A stretch of 64,000 nucleotides of DNA from Polyangiales bacterium (GCA_964202905.1 CAXNJO010000009.1:96001-160000), one strand, 5' to 3'; positions 40,601 to 55,203 are shown, counted from the stretch's first letter. Made by a program: numbers and translations. The notes: a model not told the origin generated them from the letters alone.

Positions 40601-42264
40601 AGGCGAACTTCCCCGGCGCGGAGCTGGGAGAGCTCCCCTACGTCTGCGGGACGACGACCGGCGTCCTCACCGGTTCGCTCGTCGCGTCCGGGCTCTTCGG
40701 CCCGCAGCCGACCGCGCGCCTCGTGCTCGACGTGGCCTCGCTCCGCGTCAACGAGAGCGCCCCCGCCGACGCGGAACTCATCGTGAACGCGTCGACGCGG
40801 GCCGTCGTCGCCGACCTCTCGCTGCAGTACCTCACCGGCGACGCGCGCGCCGCGCTGCAGACCACGATGGAGGCGCGCTGGGGGCCGACGGACGCCCTGC
40901 CCCACATCGATCCGGACGCGCGCTTCCTGCTGCTCGCCGAGCTCGAGCGCGCGAACCTCGCGCCGCTCCTCGCTGCCATCCCGGGCATCTCCGGCGCGGA
41001 GATCACCGCCGACGGGACGGTGCAGGCGCAGGGCACGCGCGACGCGCTCACTTGGTCCGGTGCGCTCGCCCTGCTCGATGGGCGCATGGAGCTCGACGGC
41101 CCCGGCCAGCGGCTCGAGGAGATCGAGGGCCGCGTGATCTTCCGCGAGAACCGCGCCGAGATTCAGCGTTTCCGCGCGCGCGACGTCGACGGCGAGATCG
41201 ACGCCCGCGGGCAGATCGACTTCGTCGGCGTCGTGCCCCGCCACGCGAGCCTCGACGTGCTGGCGCGCGCGCTCCCGGTTCGACGCGAAGGGCTCGTCCT
41301 CGCGACGCTCACGGGCGAGGCCAACCTCGACGCCGAGGTCTCCCTCGACCGTACCGAGGCGCGCGTCACGGTGTCCTCGCTCGAGGTCGCGCTGCCCGAC
41401 GAGCTCGCGCAGGACCTCCAGGAGCTTGACGAGCACCCGGACATCGTGGTGCGCGGAGAGCAGCGCGCCGCGCCCGAGGATCCGTCGCTCGCGTACCCCT
41501 TCCACATCCGCGTCGACGCACGGCGCCCCTTCTGGGTGCGCCGCTCGGACTTCGCCGCGCAGGTCCGCGCGCAGCTCGACGTGCAGTACCGCTCCCCCGA
41601 CCTGCGCATCGCGGGCTACGTCGATCTGCGCCGCGGCTTCTTCGAGATCTTCGGCAAGCGCTTCGCGCTGCTGCCCGGGCGCATGGACTTCGACGGCGGC
41701 GAGGCGCTCGATCCGACCCTCGACATCACCGCCGTGTACGCGCTCAACACCGCGAGCACGCGGACCATCACCGTCAACGTGGGCGGCCGCCTCTCGCGCC
41801 CGCTGATCGAGTTCTCGTCGACGGAGTCGAGCGATCGCGGCGAGATCATCGCGCTGCTCGTGACGGGCCGCTCCTCGGTCACCGCCGACGCGAGCGGGCA
41901 GGCGAGCCAGAACCTGCGCGCCGCCGACGAGCAGGCCACCTCGTTCGTGACGGGCGTGCTCGGTGGCATCCTCACGCTCGGCCTGCGCAACGAGTTCGGT
42001 GAGTTCCTGCCCACGATCTCGCTCGACTCCACCGACGTCGGGACGCGCCTGCGCGCCGGCATCCAGGTCGACTCCTTCATCCGCGAGAACCTCGGCTTCC
42101 TCAGCGGTGTGATCGAAGGCGCCTACGTCGAGGGCTTCGTCGAGGGCGGCGTCGCGACGCGCGGGGGCTTCCTGCTCGAGTTGCAGTTCCCGTACAACCT
42201 CGTCGGCCGGACGACCTACACTCCGCCGATCAACTTCGGGCTCGATTTCACCTGGGAGCCATGA
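37656..42264 (+). CDS. tamB: TamB translocation/assembly module protein, frameshifted near 39345
   Basis: ATG overlaps the tamA stop; N-terminal TM, beta-rich body, DUF490-like C-terminus ([14 protein letters not shown]); frame switches from ORF 36180 to ORF 39301. Confidence 0.82.
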
Positions 42265-42313
42265 CGCGCGTCGCGATGAATGCGCGTTCATTCCCGCACC
42301 ACCGACGGACACG

Positions 42314-43684
42314 ATGACGAGGAAGCTCTTCGGGACGGATGGGATTCGCGGGCTCGCCAACGCCGGGTCGATGACCCCGGAGACGGCCTTCCGGCTGGGG
42401 GCCGCGATCGCGTGGCAGGCGCGGCAGCGCGCCAAGCGCCCACCGCGCGTCATCATCGGCAAGGACACGCGCATCTCGGGCTACATGCTCGAGACGGCGC
42501 TCGCCTCCGGCGTCTGCGCGCTCGGTGGCCGCGTGCTCCTCTCGGGCCCGCTGCCGACGCCGGCCATCGCGCACATCACGCAGAGCATGCGCGCCGACGC
42601 GGGCATCGTCGTGAGCGCGTCGCACAACGCCTTCGAGGACAACGGCATCAAGATCTTCGGCGCCGACGGCTTCAAGCTGCCCGACGAGGCGGAGGCGGAG
42701 CTCGAGCGCCTCATGCTCGGCACGGTCCTCGACACCAAGCGCCCGACGGGGATCCACGTCGGCCGGGCCGAGCGTCTCGAGGACGCGTGGGGCCGCTACG
42801 TCTCGTTCGTGAAGGGCACCTTCCCGCAGAGCCTCTCGCTCGAGGGCCTGAAGATCGTCGTCGACGCCGCGCACGGCGCCTCCTACCGCGTCGCCCCCGC
42901 CGTGTTCGCCGAGCTCGGCGCGACGGTGCACGCCATCGGCGTCAAACCGAACGGGCGCAACATCAACGCCGGCTGCGGGGCGATGCACCCCGAGCACGTC
43001 GCGGCCGAGGTCCGCAAGCGCAAGGCCGATCTCGGCGTCGCGCTCGACGGCGACGCCGACCGCGTCATCGTCATCGACGATCGCGGCGACGAGGTCGACG
43101 GCGACCACGTCATGGCGCTCTGCGCGACGCGGATGCTCCGCGAAAAGCGACTCGCGAAGAAGACGCTCGTCGCGACCGTGATGTCGAACCTGGGCCTCGA
43201 GGTCGCGCTCAAGCGCGAGGGCGGCAAGCTCGCGCGCTGCGCCGTCGGCGACCGCTACGTCGTCGAGCTGATGCGCAAGCACGGCTACAACCTCGGCGGC
43301 GAACAGTCCGGGCACCTCGTCTTCCTCGACCACGCGACGACCGGCGACGGGCTCGTCGCGGCGCTGCAGCTCCTCGCGATCGTCCTGCGCGAGGGGCGCC
43401 CGCTCTCGGAGCTCGCGCACGACGTGATGGAGCGTGTCCCGCAGGTGCTCGTGAACGTGACGTTGCGCGAGCGGCGCGCCCTCGACGAGATGGCGACGGC
43501 GGCCCGCGCGATCCGCGCCGCCGAGAAGAAGCTCGGTGACGAGGGCCGCGTCCTCGTCCGCTGGAGCGGCACCGAGCCGAAGCTGCGCGTGATGGTCGAG
43601 GGCCCGGACGAGCGCGTGATCCGCGGGCTCGCGGACGACATCGTCGCGGCCGCACGTCGCGACCTCGGCACCCCCGCAGGCTGA
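42314..43684 (+). CDS. glmM: Phosphoglucosamine mutase
   Basis: [34 protein letters not shown]. Confidence 0.97.
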   Translation: MTRKLFGTDGIRGLANAGSMTPETAFRLGAAIAWQARQRAKRPPRVIIGKDTRISGYMLETALASGVCALGGRVLLSGPLPTPAIAHITQSMRADAGIVVSASHNAFEDNGIKIFGADGFKLPDEAEAELERLMLGTVLDTKRPTGIHVGRAERLEDAWGRYVSFVKGTFPQSLSLEGLKIVVDAAHGASYRVAPAVFAELGATVHAIGVKPNGRNINAGCGAMHPEHVAAEVRKRKADLGVALDGDADRVIVIDDRGDEVDGDHVMALCATRMLREKRLAKKTLVATVMSNLGLEVALKREGGKLARCAVGDRYVVELMRKHGYNLGGEQSGHLVFLDHATTGDGLVAALQLLAIVLREGRPLSELAHDVMERVPQVLVNVTLRERRALDEMATAARAIRAAEKKLGDEGRVLVRWSGTEPKLRVMVEGPDERVIRGLADDIVAAARRDLGTPAG

Positions 43685-43853
43685 CGCCGGTGAAACGCTC
43701 TGCAACGCGGGGCACCCGCGAACCGCCCTCAAAACCGGCCCGTCATCAGCCCCGCTGAAACACGCCGCAACGAAGAGAAACATGCGGTGCGCGCCGCGCG
43801 GCGCGGGCCCCGCGGCATGCCACACGCTCCGCGCGCGGCCTCGGCACACCCAC

Positions 43854-44813
43854 TCAGCGCGTCGCCGAGACGAGCACTTCGGGCGGCGTCACGGAGACGA
43901 CCTCGATCCCCTCGGGCAGTCCGTGCACCTCGACGGGCCGCATCGTCGCGCCGGAGCCCGCGCCCGCCTCGCCGACCGTGATCGTCGGGATGACGACGTC
44001 CCGCTCGAAGTCCGCGACCACGTCGCGCGTGCCGCGCAGCACCACGTCAACGCGCGCAGGCCGCAGCTCCGTCCGCGGCCCGCCGCCGACGGCCGCGACC
44101 GTCAGGCGCCGGAGCGTGAGCGATTCGAGCTTCGGCAGGAACTCGAACGTCACGCGCACGGGCGCGCCGTCGCCGAACGTCACGTGCGGCGGCGCGGCGG
44201 CGAGCGGCACACGCACGTCCTGGGAGCCCGCCGCATAGCGCGCGAGATCGATCGGCGCGGTGCTCACCTCCGTCAGCCGATCGACGACCGAGGCCGGGCC
44301 GACGACGCGCACCTCCGCGGGGTCGACACGCCGCGCACCGCGGACCTCGAGACCCTCGGGCGGCGCGCCCACGAGCGAGACGACGACCGGCAGGCGGCGC
44401 TCGGCGCGCTCGGCCCACGCGAGCTCCAGCATCGGCGGGTTGAGCTGCACCACGCGCAGGCCCGCCGGCAGGTCGAGCGGCGTCGCGTCGACGTTCACGA
44501 AGCGGCGCCCGGTATCGCGCAGGTCGAGCTGGATGGGCGGGAGCGGCTCGCGGCCGAGCGCCTGCACGAGCGCGCGGCGCCCGCTCACGGTGACGCGCAC
44601 GGTGTCGGGCACGTCGGAGAGCAGCATCTTCCGCGCGGATGCCGGCGGCAGCAGCGTCACCACGTCCACGGAGACGCTCCGCTGCAGGTCCCCCGCGCCA
44701 TGCACGATCGAGAAGAGCAGCACCGCGGCCGCGAGCGCGACGATCTTCAGGCCGAGGTTGTCCGTGAGCGCGCGGAGCCCGCGTGCGGCGGGGCGCACCT
44801 TGCGCGTGGGCAT
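43854..44813 (-). CDS. cdaR: CdaR/YbbR-like diadenylate cyclase regulator
   Basis: NLGLKIVAL TM plus YbbR-like repeats; directly downstream of cdaA. Confidence 0.85.
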   Translation of the reverse strand: MPTRKVRPAARGLRALTDNLGLKIVALAAAVLLFSIVHGAGDLQRSVSVDVVTLLPPASARKMLLSDVPDTVRVTVSGRRALVQALGREPLPPIQLDLRDTGRRFVNVDATPLDLPAGLRVVQLNPPMLELAWAERAERRLPVVVSLVGAPPEGLEVRGARRVDPAEVRVVGPASVVDRLTEVSTAPIDLARYAAGSQDVRVPLAAAPPHVTFGDGAPVRVTFEFLPKLESLTLRRLTVAAVGGGPRTELRPARVDVVLRGTRDVVADFERDVVIPTITVGEAGAGSGATMRPVEVHGLPEGIEVVSVTPPEVLVSATR

Positions 44814-45838
44814 CAGGAGGGCTCCTCCGCCGAGGGCACGCGCGGCGGCGGCGGCACCGAGGCCGCGGGCTCGACGACGGCGGCGCGGCGCTCGACGCCG
44901 GGCGGCACCGAAGGCGCGCTCCCCGAGCGGCGCTCGACCGCCGCGCTCGAGCCGGTGGCGCTGCTCCCCGCGAGCGGGGAGAGCATCCCGGTGGCCGAGG
45001 GGCGCAGGGACGCGGTGCCCGCACGGTCACCCGGGCGCCGCGTCGAGCGCCGCTTGTAGAAGAGGCCGAGCAGCGCCTCACGCAGGCTGTGTGCGTCGAG
45101 GCTGCGGACGATGTTGCCGTTGAAGCAGATCGAGACCGCGCCTTTTTCCTCCGAGACGACGACGACCACGGCGTCGGTCTCCTCGGTGATGCCGATGGCC
45201 GCGCGGTGACGCGTGCCGAGCGACTTGTCGATGCGCGGGCTCGCGGTGAGCGGGAGGAAGCACCCGGCCTTCCACACGCGGCGATCGCGGATGACCACGG
45301 CGCCGTCGTGCATCGGGTTCTCGAAGCTCGGGATGAAGACGCTGTAGAGCAGCTCCTTCGACACCGCCGCGTCGAGCTCCGTCCCCTCGTCGAGGAACTC
45401 CTCGAGGCTCGCGTCACGCTCGAAGACGATCAGCCCGCCGATGCGCTTGTGCGCGAGCTGCAGCGCGGCCTTGATGACCTCCTCGATGACGTGCGTCTCT
45501 TGCGCGTTGCCCTCGCCGCGCAGCCATGGGCGGCTGCCGAAGCGCGTCAGCGCGCGGCGGATGTCGTTCTGAAAGACGACGACGACGATGAGCACGATGT
45601 ACGTGATCATCGAGTCCATCATCGTGAAGAGCGTGACGAGCTCGAGGAGCCGCGCCGCCTGGTAGAGCGCGAAGACGAGCGCGAGCCCGATGCCCATCTG
45701 CATCGCGCGCGTGCCCTTCATGAGCAACAGCACGCGGTAGAGCAAGAACGCGACGAGCGCGATGTCGGCGAGATCGATCGCGACCGCCGCCGGCGACCGC
45801 GCGAAGAAGTCCGCGACCCGCGCGAGCCACTCGGCCAT
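44813..45838 (-). CDS. cdaA: Diadenylate cyclase CdaA
   Basis: 3 TM; VFQNDIRRAL, HDGAVVI, GTRHRAA, VSEE motifs. Confidence 0.95.
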   Translation of the reverse strand: MAEWLARVADFFARSPAAVAIDLADIALVAFLLYRVLLLMKGTRAMQMGIGLALVFALYQAARLLELVTLFTMMDSMITYIVLIVVVVFQNDIRRALTRFGSRPWLRGEGNAQETHVIEEVIKAALQLAHKRIGGLIVFERDASLEEFLDEGTELDAAVSKELLYSVFIPSFENPMHDGAVVIRDRRVWKAGCFLPLTASPRIDKSLGTRHRAAIGITEETDAVVVVVSEEKGAVSICFNGNIVRSLDAHSLREALLGLFYKRRSTRRPGDRAGTASLRPSATGMLSPLAGSSATGSSAAVERRSGSAPSVPPGVERRAAVVEPAASVPPPPRVPSAEEPS

Positions 45839-46767
45839 CATCGGAGCGCCTCCGCGAGGAGGAGCGCCTGCCGCACCTCGCGCACGTCGTGCACGCGCAG
45901 CGCCCGGGCCCCGGCGCGCGCGGCATGCACGGCAGCGGCGATGCCCGCCGCGAGCCGGTCACCGGGCGCGGGGCGCGCACCGTCGGCGTCGGGGGCGGCC
46001 TCCGCGAGGAACGACTTGCGCGACGCGCCGACGAGCACCGGCCGCCCGGTCGCGACGAGCGCATCGACGCGCGCGAGCAAGAGGAGCGACTGCGCGGGCG
46101 TCTTCGCGAAGCCGAGCCCGGGATCGAGCCAGACCCGCGCGCGTTTCACGCCCGCCTGCTCGGCGCGGGCGCACGCTTCCGCGAGCTCGGCGAGCACCTC
46201 GCCGACGAGGTCGGCGTAGCACGCGGCCTCGGGGGTCACCTCGCCGCGCCCGCGGTTGTGCATGAGCACGAGGTCGGCCTCGGCCTCGGCCGCGACGCGC
46301 AGGAGCGCAGGGTCTCGGCCGCAGGACACGTCGTTGACGATAGTCGCCCCGGCCTCGAGCGCGGCACGCGCGACCTCGCCCTTGGTCGTGTCGATCGAGA
46401 CGCGCGCCCCCCCGCGCGCGAGCGCCACGACGACCGGGACCACGCGGGCGCGCTCCTCGTCCGCCGACACCGCCGCGTACCCCGCGCCGTACGTGGCGCC
46501 GCGCGGACGCGTCGACTCCCCGCCGACGTCCACCACCGACGCGCCGGCGGCCCACAGCGCGCGGCCCTGCGCGAGGGCCGCGTCGAGATCGAGGAAGCGG
46601 CCGCCGTCGCTGAACGAGTCGGGGGTGACGTTGAGCACGCCCCAGAGCGCGCAATCGGACCAACGCGACGCGACCCGGGACGACGCCTCGCGCCCCGGGT
46701 CCGCAGCATGCGCGCTCGTGTCCGACGTCGCGGAGCCTCCCGGCTCCCCCCCACACTTCATCGCCAT
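45838..46767 (-). CDS. folP: Dihydropteroate synthase
   Basis: GVLNVTPDSFSDGG, GGESTRP, DPGLGF, GASRKSF, RVHDV; start uncertain. Confidence 0.95.
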   Translation of the reverse strand: MAMKCGGEPGGSATSDTSAHAADPGREASSRVASRWSDCALWGVLNVTPDSFSDGGRFLDLDAALAQGRALWAAGASVVDVGGESTRPRGATYGAGYAAVSADEERARVVPVVVALARGGARVSIDTTKGEVARAALEAGATIVNDVSCGRDPALLRVAAEAEADLVLMHNRGRGEVTPEAACYADLVGEVLAELAEACARAEQAGVKRARVWLDPGLGFAKTPAQSLLLLARVDALVATGRPVLVGASRKSFLAEAAPDADGARPAPGDRLAAGIAAAVHAARAGARALRVHDVREVRQALLLAEALR

Positions 46768-46794
46768 TCCGATCAGACGCGTCGCCGCGTCGGT

Positions 46795-48729
<1,935 letters not shown>

Positions 48730-48937
48730 GACGGCCTCATGGGGGAGTGCGCGGACAGGGGGGCCTCCCGGGGGATCCGCAGCGCAGAAGACGCCCGGAT
48801 TCGTAGCCGCGGGGTAGCATAGGGCCCCCCCGCCTTCAAAAGAACCACCCTTGCCCGCGCGGGCAGGAGCGACGCCGGGGACAGAGCGGGAGACGACACG
48901 GCAGGCGCCCTTGTGACGGCGGAGCGAGCGTCGCGTT

Positions 48938-49924
48938 TCACGCCGACTTGTCGGACGCGTCGCCGCCCGCCGGCGCGGCGACGAGCTGCCCCGCGACGAC
49001 GCGCGCGGTGCGCCGCCCTGGGAGCCGCACCTCGCCGCGCCCCGTGCACACGAGCGCGTCGAGCGCCTCGAGGTGCGCGCGCGAGACGGGACGGGACGGG
49101 GCATCGCCGGCCCAGCGCGCGAGCGCGCAGCGACGTACGGCGGACCGCGACCGCGCGAGGATCGCGACCGACGGGCGCTCGAGGCCCGCGCGACGCAGCA
49201 GCGCCCCGCCCGCCGCGCGGAGGGCCGCGTCGGCGGCGCGGGCATCGTCGGCGAGCGCGGCGAGGTGGTCGACGACCCCGGGGTCGATCGCCGCGAGCGC
49301 GGGCAGCACGTCCGCCCGGAGCCGCGACCGCAGGAAACGCGGATCGGCGTTCGAGGGGTCGTCGACGAAGGGCAGGCCCTCGGCGATCACGAGCGCGCGC
49401 ACGTCGGCCCGCGCGCAGTCGATGAGCGGGCGCACGATCCCATCGGCGCGGCGCGGCGCGGTGCCCCCGAGCCCCCGCAGGGAGCTGCCGCGCAGCAAGC
49501 GGGCGAGGACCGTCTCCGCCTGGTCCTCGCGCGTGTGCCCCACGGCGACGTGCTCCGCGCCCACGCCTGCGGCGGCCTCACGCAGGGCGGCGTACCGGGC
49601 TTCCCGCGCGGCGGCCTGGAGCGACCCGCGGCGCGGGACGGTCACCGCGAGCGCGCGGAAGGGCACGCCGAGCGTCGCCGCCTGCTGCGCCGCGATCGCG
49701 ACGTCGCGCGCAGCGTCCGGGCGGAGGCCATGGTCGACCGATGCCGCCACGAGCGTGACGCCAAGCTCCGGGGCGAGTCGCGCGAGGGCGAGCAGGAGCC
49801 CGGCCGAGTCCGCGCCGCCCGAACACGCGACGAGCACGGTGCGCGCGGCGCGCGTTGGATGGCAGAGCAGACTGCGCCTCGCCAGGGTGCGCCGTACCGC
49901 GCCGATCACGTGCTCGGACCCCAC
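48938..49924 (-). CDS. tilS: tRNA(Ile)-lysidine synthase
   Basis: SGGADS PP-loop, [18 protein letters not shown]; upstream of ftsH. Confidence 0.95.
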   Translation of the reverse strand: MGSEHVIGAVRRTLARRSLLCHPTRAARTVLVACSGGADSAGLLLALARLAPELGVTLVAASVDHGLRPDAARDVAIAAQQAATLGVPFRALAVTVPRRGSLQAAAREARYAALREAAAGVGAEHVAVGHTREDQAETVLARLLRGSSLRGLGGTAPRRADGIVRPLIDCARADVRALVIAEGLPFVDDPSNADPRFLRSRLRADVLPALAAIDPGVVDHLAALADDARAADAALRAAGGALLRRAGLERPSVAILARSRSAVRRCALARWAGDAPSRPVSRAHLEALDALVCTGRGEVRLPGRRTARVVAGQLVAAPAGGDASDKSA

Positions 49925-50039
49925 GGCGCACCATACCGCAGCGGTTGTCCCGCGCGGACAGGTCCGCTACGGTCCGGCCGCCCTTTGCCCCGACGCGCAC
50001 CGCGCGCGCTCGCGGAACGCGTCCCCACGAGGTCCACCC

Positions 50040-51416
50040 ATGCGCCGTCTGCTCGCCCTCCGCCTCCTCGCCGCCGCCCTCGCCGCTCCGCTCGCCTTCG
50101 CGCTCGCCGCGTGCGGGGACGACGACGACGCCCCCCCGCCCCCGGCCGACCTCGGGCCCGCGGACGCCGGACCGGGGACGGACCTCGGTCGCGACCTCGG
50201 CGCTCCGGATGCAGGCGTCGACGCCGGCCCGGCCGGCTGCACCGAGCGCTGCGGCATCGTCGAGATCACCGCGGGTCTCTTCCACACCTGTGCGCGCCGT
50301 GAGAACGGCGAGGTGCTTTGTTGGGGCAGCAACTATTTCCGTGAGCTCGGCGACGGCAGCGGGCGCCACCTCAGCTGCCCGCCCGTCTTCGACGAACTCC
50401 CCACGGATTGTCAGGCGCGGCCCGTCGCGGTGAGCAACATCGAGGGCGCGACGGACATCGAGGCGCACAACGGCCCGACGACGTGCGGCCGCGTCGCGGA
50501 CGGCACCTGGAAGTGCTGGGGCCTCGAGTTCATCAACACCGGCACCGGGCAGCCCGAGCAGTTCAACATCGCGACGGCCTTCCCCCGCCTCGATGGCGTC
50601 GCGCAGCTCGGGCCGGCGTTCGGCGTCGCGTGCGGCGTCGACACAGCGGGCGGCGTCCGCTGCATCGGCGGCAACCAGCTCGGGCAGCTCGGTGACGGCA
50701 CGACGACGGAGCGCCGCTCGCCGGTGACCGTGTCCGGGCTCACGGGCGTGGCCGAAGTCCACAGCAGCGGCTCACACACCTGCGCCCGCCTCACGGATGG
50801 CGGCGTGCGCTGCTGGGGCAGCAACGAGAGCGGACAGCTCGGCGACGGGCTCTCGACGCACACGATCTCGTGCCGCCGCGGCAGCACCGACATCGACTGC
50901 GTCAACGCGCCGGTCACCGTCTCCGGCATCGACGACGCGACCGGACTCGCGGTGGGCAATCAGTCGAGCTGTGCGCTCCGCGCGGACGGCAGCGTGTGGT
51001 GCTGGGGCGCGAACTTCTTCGGTCAGCTCGGCAACGGCGCGCTTCTCGACGCCAACGCGCCCAATCAGGTGATGGGCCTCGCGGGCGCCACGGCGATCGC
51101 GGCCGGCGGCAATCACTTCTGCGCGCTCGTGGCGGGGGGCGCCGTCAAGTGCTGGGGGCTCAACTTCGACGCGCAGCTCGGGGACGACGAGGCGCACGAG
51201 ATGTGCGTCTTCGCCTCGGAGTCGCAGGACTGCTCGAAGCTGCCGGTCGACGTGGCGGGCGTGACCGGCGCCACGTCCCTCGCGCTCGGCGCGAGCCACT
51301 CCTGTGCGCTCACGCCCGCGGGCGTGACCTGCTGGGGCGACAACGTCCTCTATCAGGCGGGCACGCGCGCCGAGATGCGCGTCACCGTCCCCGCGGTCGT
51401 CGCCGGCATCCCCTGA
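50040..51416 (+). CDS. RCC1/BLIP-II repeat lipoprotein
   Basis: Lipobox LAAC; repeated HTCA...G.V.CWG.N..GQLGDG. Confidence 0.9.
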   Translation: MRRLLALRLLAAALAAPLAFALAACGDDDDAPPPPADLGPADAGPGTDLGRDLGAPDAGVDAGPAGCTERCGIVEITAGLFHTCARRENGEVLCWGSNYFRELGDGSGRHLSCPPVFDELPTDCQARPVAVSNIEGATDIEAHNGPTTCGRVADGTWKCWGLEFINTGTGQPEQFNIATAFPRLDGVAQLGPAFGVACGVDTAGGVRCIGGNQLGQLGDGTTTERRSPVTVSGLTGVAEVHSSGSHTCARLTDGGVRCWGSNESGQLGDGLSTHTISCRRGSTDIDCVNAPVTVSGIDDATGLAVGNQSSCALRADGSVWCWGANFFGQLGNGALLDANAPNQVMGLAGATAIAAGGNHFCALVAGGAVKCWGLNFDAQLGDDEAHEMCVFASESQDCSKLPVDVAGVTGATSLALGASHSCALTPAGVTCWGDNVLYQAGTRAEMRVTVPAVVAGIP

Positions 51417-51441
51417 TCGCGCGGCCCCCTCCCCACGCAAG

Positions 51442-51472
51442 GAAGGCCCGGCGTCTCGGACGTCGGGCCTTC
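51442..51472. terminator. Hairpin terminator between convergent genes
   Basis: GAAGGCCCGGCGTC-TCG-GACGTCGGGCCTTC followed by TTC. Confidence 0.7.
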
Positions 51473-51514
51473 TTCGCGTCGAGCGCCGGAGTGACGGGTC
51501 GCCGCGCGGCGCCC

Positions 51515-51820
51515 TCAGGGCTGGTAGCCGCGGACCACGTCGCGAGGCGGCCGCTCGACGCTGACGATCGCGCTCGTCACGAGATCGCGACCATCCGAGT
51601 GGAAGAAGAGCGAGTCGCCGATCCGCGGGAGACCGTCGTGCGGCGTGACCCCGCCCGTCGGCTGGAAACGCAGCGAACCGTGCACGGCGTTGCCGCTCGC
51701 GAGGTGCGCGCGCAACCACTCCCCGCTCCGGCGGTCGCGGACGGCGACGCAGACGTCGCGCTTCACGTGGTACTCGGTGTTGCGCGTCACGAAGACTTTG
51801 TGGATACGGCGCTCGTGCAT
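51515..51820 (-). CDS. Small hypothetical protein (101 aa)
   Basis: SD GAGGAG; protein-like composition, FVTRNTEYH...CVAVRDR. Confidence 0.8.
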   Translation of the reverse strand: MHERRIHKVFVTRNTEYHVKRDVCVAVRDRRSGEWLRAHLASGNAVHGSLRFQPTGGVTPHDGLPRIGDSLFFHSDGRDLVTSAIVSVERPPRDVVRGYQP

Positions 51821-51899
51821 TCGGTCTCCTCTTCGGGGAACACGCCCGAAGTCGAGAAGCTACACACACCTACATCAGCCACCAACAAAGTGACGACGC

Positions 51900-53003
51900 A
51901 TGATCGACGAGGACGACCGGGCGCGCCCGCTCCTGCTGTGCGCCGACAATTTCACGCCCCCTCAGCGCACCCCGTGGGGCGGCACCCGCCTCCTCCGCAC
52001 GCTCAAGGCCGATGCGCCGATCGCCGCGGAGAAGGCGGCCGCGACCTGCGTCGGTGAGAGCTGGGAGCTCTCTGTCGAACCCGACTTCCCGAGCCTGGTC
52101 GAGGGCGCCCCGGGGGCGCAGGGCTCGCGGCCGCTCGCGGCCGTGATCACCGAGGATCCGTACGCGTTCCTCGGCCGCGAGGCGCTGCGCGGACGCCGAG
52201 GGACGGCGCTGCTCATCAAGTTGCTCGACACCGCGGACGCACTCAGCGTGCAGATTCACCCAGCCGACGACTACGCGGGCCTCGCCCCCGACGAGGCGGG
52301 CAAGCCAGAGAGCTGGTATGTGGTCTCTCGCGAGCCGGGCGCCGGCCTCTACCTCGGCCTCGCCGCGGGCGTCACGCGCGCGTCGCTCGCGGCCGCGCTC
52401 GACGACGGCGCCGACCTGACGCCGATGCTCGGCTTCGTGCCGGTCGAGCCGGGCGACTTCTTCCTCATCGAGGCCGGCACGCCGCACGCGATCGGGCCTG
52501 GCCTCGTCCTTGTCGAACCGCAGCACGTCACCCCGGGAAAGCGCGGCCTCACCTACCGCTTCTGGGATTGGAACCGCCGCTACGACGCCCGCGGCCTGCC
52601 CGATCCGGAGGGCGCACCGCGCGCCCTGCACGTCGCGGACGCGCTCGCCGTCACCCGCTGGGACGCGCCGCGCGGCGCAGACTTCGCGGCCTCGGTGCGC
52701 CTCCGCGCGGGTGCGCCCGACGTGCACGCGCCGGCCCGCCTCGAGCGGCTCTCCGGCCCGCATGGCGGCCTCGCGAGCCCGTGGCTCGACGTCGCGCGAA
52801 TCACCGGGACGGGCGCGCTCGCATGGCGCGCGCCGGGCGCGCTCGTCGGGCTCACGGTCGTCGACGGATCCGTCACCGTCGTCGAGCCGCGCGGCCGCCG
52901 GACGCGCGTCGCCGCCGGACGCACCGCGGCGCTGCCCGCCTGCATCGGCGACGTGCGCCTCGAGCTCGACGCCGCGCACGCCGTGCTCGCGTCGATCCCC
53001 TGA
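51900..53003 (+). CDS. manA: Mannose-6-phosphate isomerase, class I
   Basis: PWGG, GESWELS, LLIKLLD, LSVQIHP, KPESW, GTPHAIG. Confidence 0.9.
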   Translation: MIDEDDRARPLLLCADNFTPPQRTPWGGTRLLRTLKADAPIAAEKAAATCVGESWELSVEPDFPSLVEGAPGAQGSRPLAAVITEDPYAFLGREALRGRRGTALLIKLLDTADALSVQIHPADDYAGLAPDEAGKPESWYVVSREPGAGLYLGLAAGVTRASLAAALDDGADLTPMLGFVPVEPGDFFLIEAGTPHAIGPGLVLVEPQHVTPGKRGLTYRFWDWNRRYDARGLPDPEGAPRALHVADALAVTRWDAPRGADFAASVRLRAGAPDVHAPARLERLSGPHGGLASPWLDVARITGTGALAWRAPGALVGLTVVDGSVTVVEPRGRRTRVAAGRTAALPACIGDVRLELDAAHAVLASIP

Positions 53004-53046
53004 ATCGCCCCTCGACGGGGCCGGTCGGCTGCTACCTTCGGGCGCC

Positions 53047-54390
<1,344 letters not shown>

Positions 54391-54463
54391 CGCTCGCGGG
54401 TTCTCTGCGAACTTAGCGCCCGCCGCGCAGCCTGCGCGCCTGCGACACGGGAAAGAGCCCAAG

Positions 54464-55199
54464 ATGGCCCCCAAGGACGACAAGACGACCGTGACGCCGC
54501 GCGTCTCGATCATCATTCCCGATCTACAACGAGGAAGCGATCCTCCACGCCGCCGTCGTCGACCTGATCGACCGGCTCGAGGAGTTCGACTGGCCGTACG
54601 AGCTCGTCCTCGCGGAGAACGGCTCGAAGGACCGCACCGTCGAGATCGCGCGCGAGCTCTCGGAGCGCTTCCCGCAGGTGAAGTACTTCTCGCTCGGCGA
54701 GCCGAACTACGGCAAGGCGCTCCGCAAGGGCATCCTCGAGGCGCGCGGCGAGTTCGTGCTCTGCGACGAGATCGACCTCTGCGACACCGACTTCTACCGC
54801 CGCGCGATGGCCATCCTCGAGACGAACGGCGCCGATTTCGTCGTCGGCTCGAAGGCGCTCTCGGGCGCGAGCGACGAGCGCCCCGCGCTGCGGCGCGCGG
54901 GCACCGTCGTCATCAACGGCATGTTGCGGGTCGCGCTCGGCTTCAAGGGCACGGACACGCACGGGCTCAAGGCCTTCCGGCGCCTGCCGGCGGCCGAGGT
55001 CGCGCGGCAGTGCCTCGTCGACAAGGACCTCTTCGCGAGCGAGCTCGTCATCCGCGCCGAGCGCGCGGGCCTGCGCATGCAGGAGATCCCCGTGCGCGTC
55101 CTCGAGAAGCGCCCGCCGTCGATCCACCTCTTCCGCCGCGTCCCGACCGTCCTGCGTCACATGGCGAAGCTCTTCGTCGCGATTCGCATCAAGGGCTGA
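54464..55199 (+). CDS. Glycosyltransferase family 2 (DPM/DPG synthase-like), frameshift near 54519
   Basis: VSIIIP then IYNEE in the shifted frame; [20 protein letters not shown]. Confidence 0.85.
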
Positions 55200-55203
55200 G
55201 CGC

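Noticed and set aside
43689..43700. GTGAAAC as a parS site
   Set aside because: Half-site only; the 16-bp palindrome is absent
43854..45838. c-di-AMP synthesis genes in a Gram-negative organism as a novelty
   Set aside because: cdaA-cdaR next to folP is already known in deltaproteobacterial lineages
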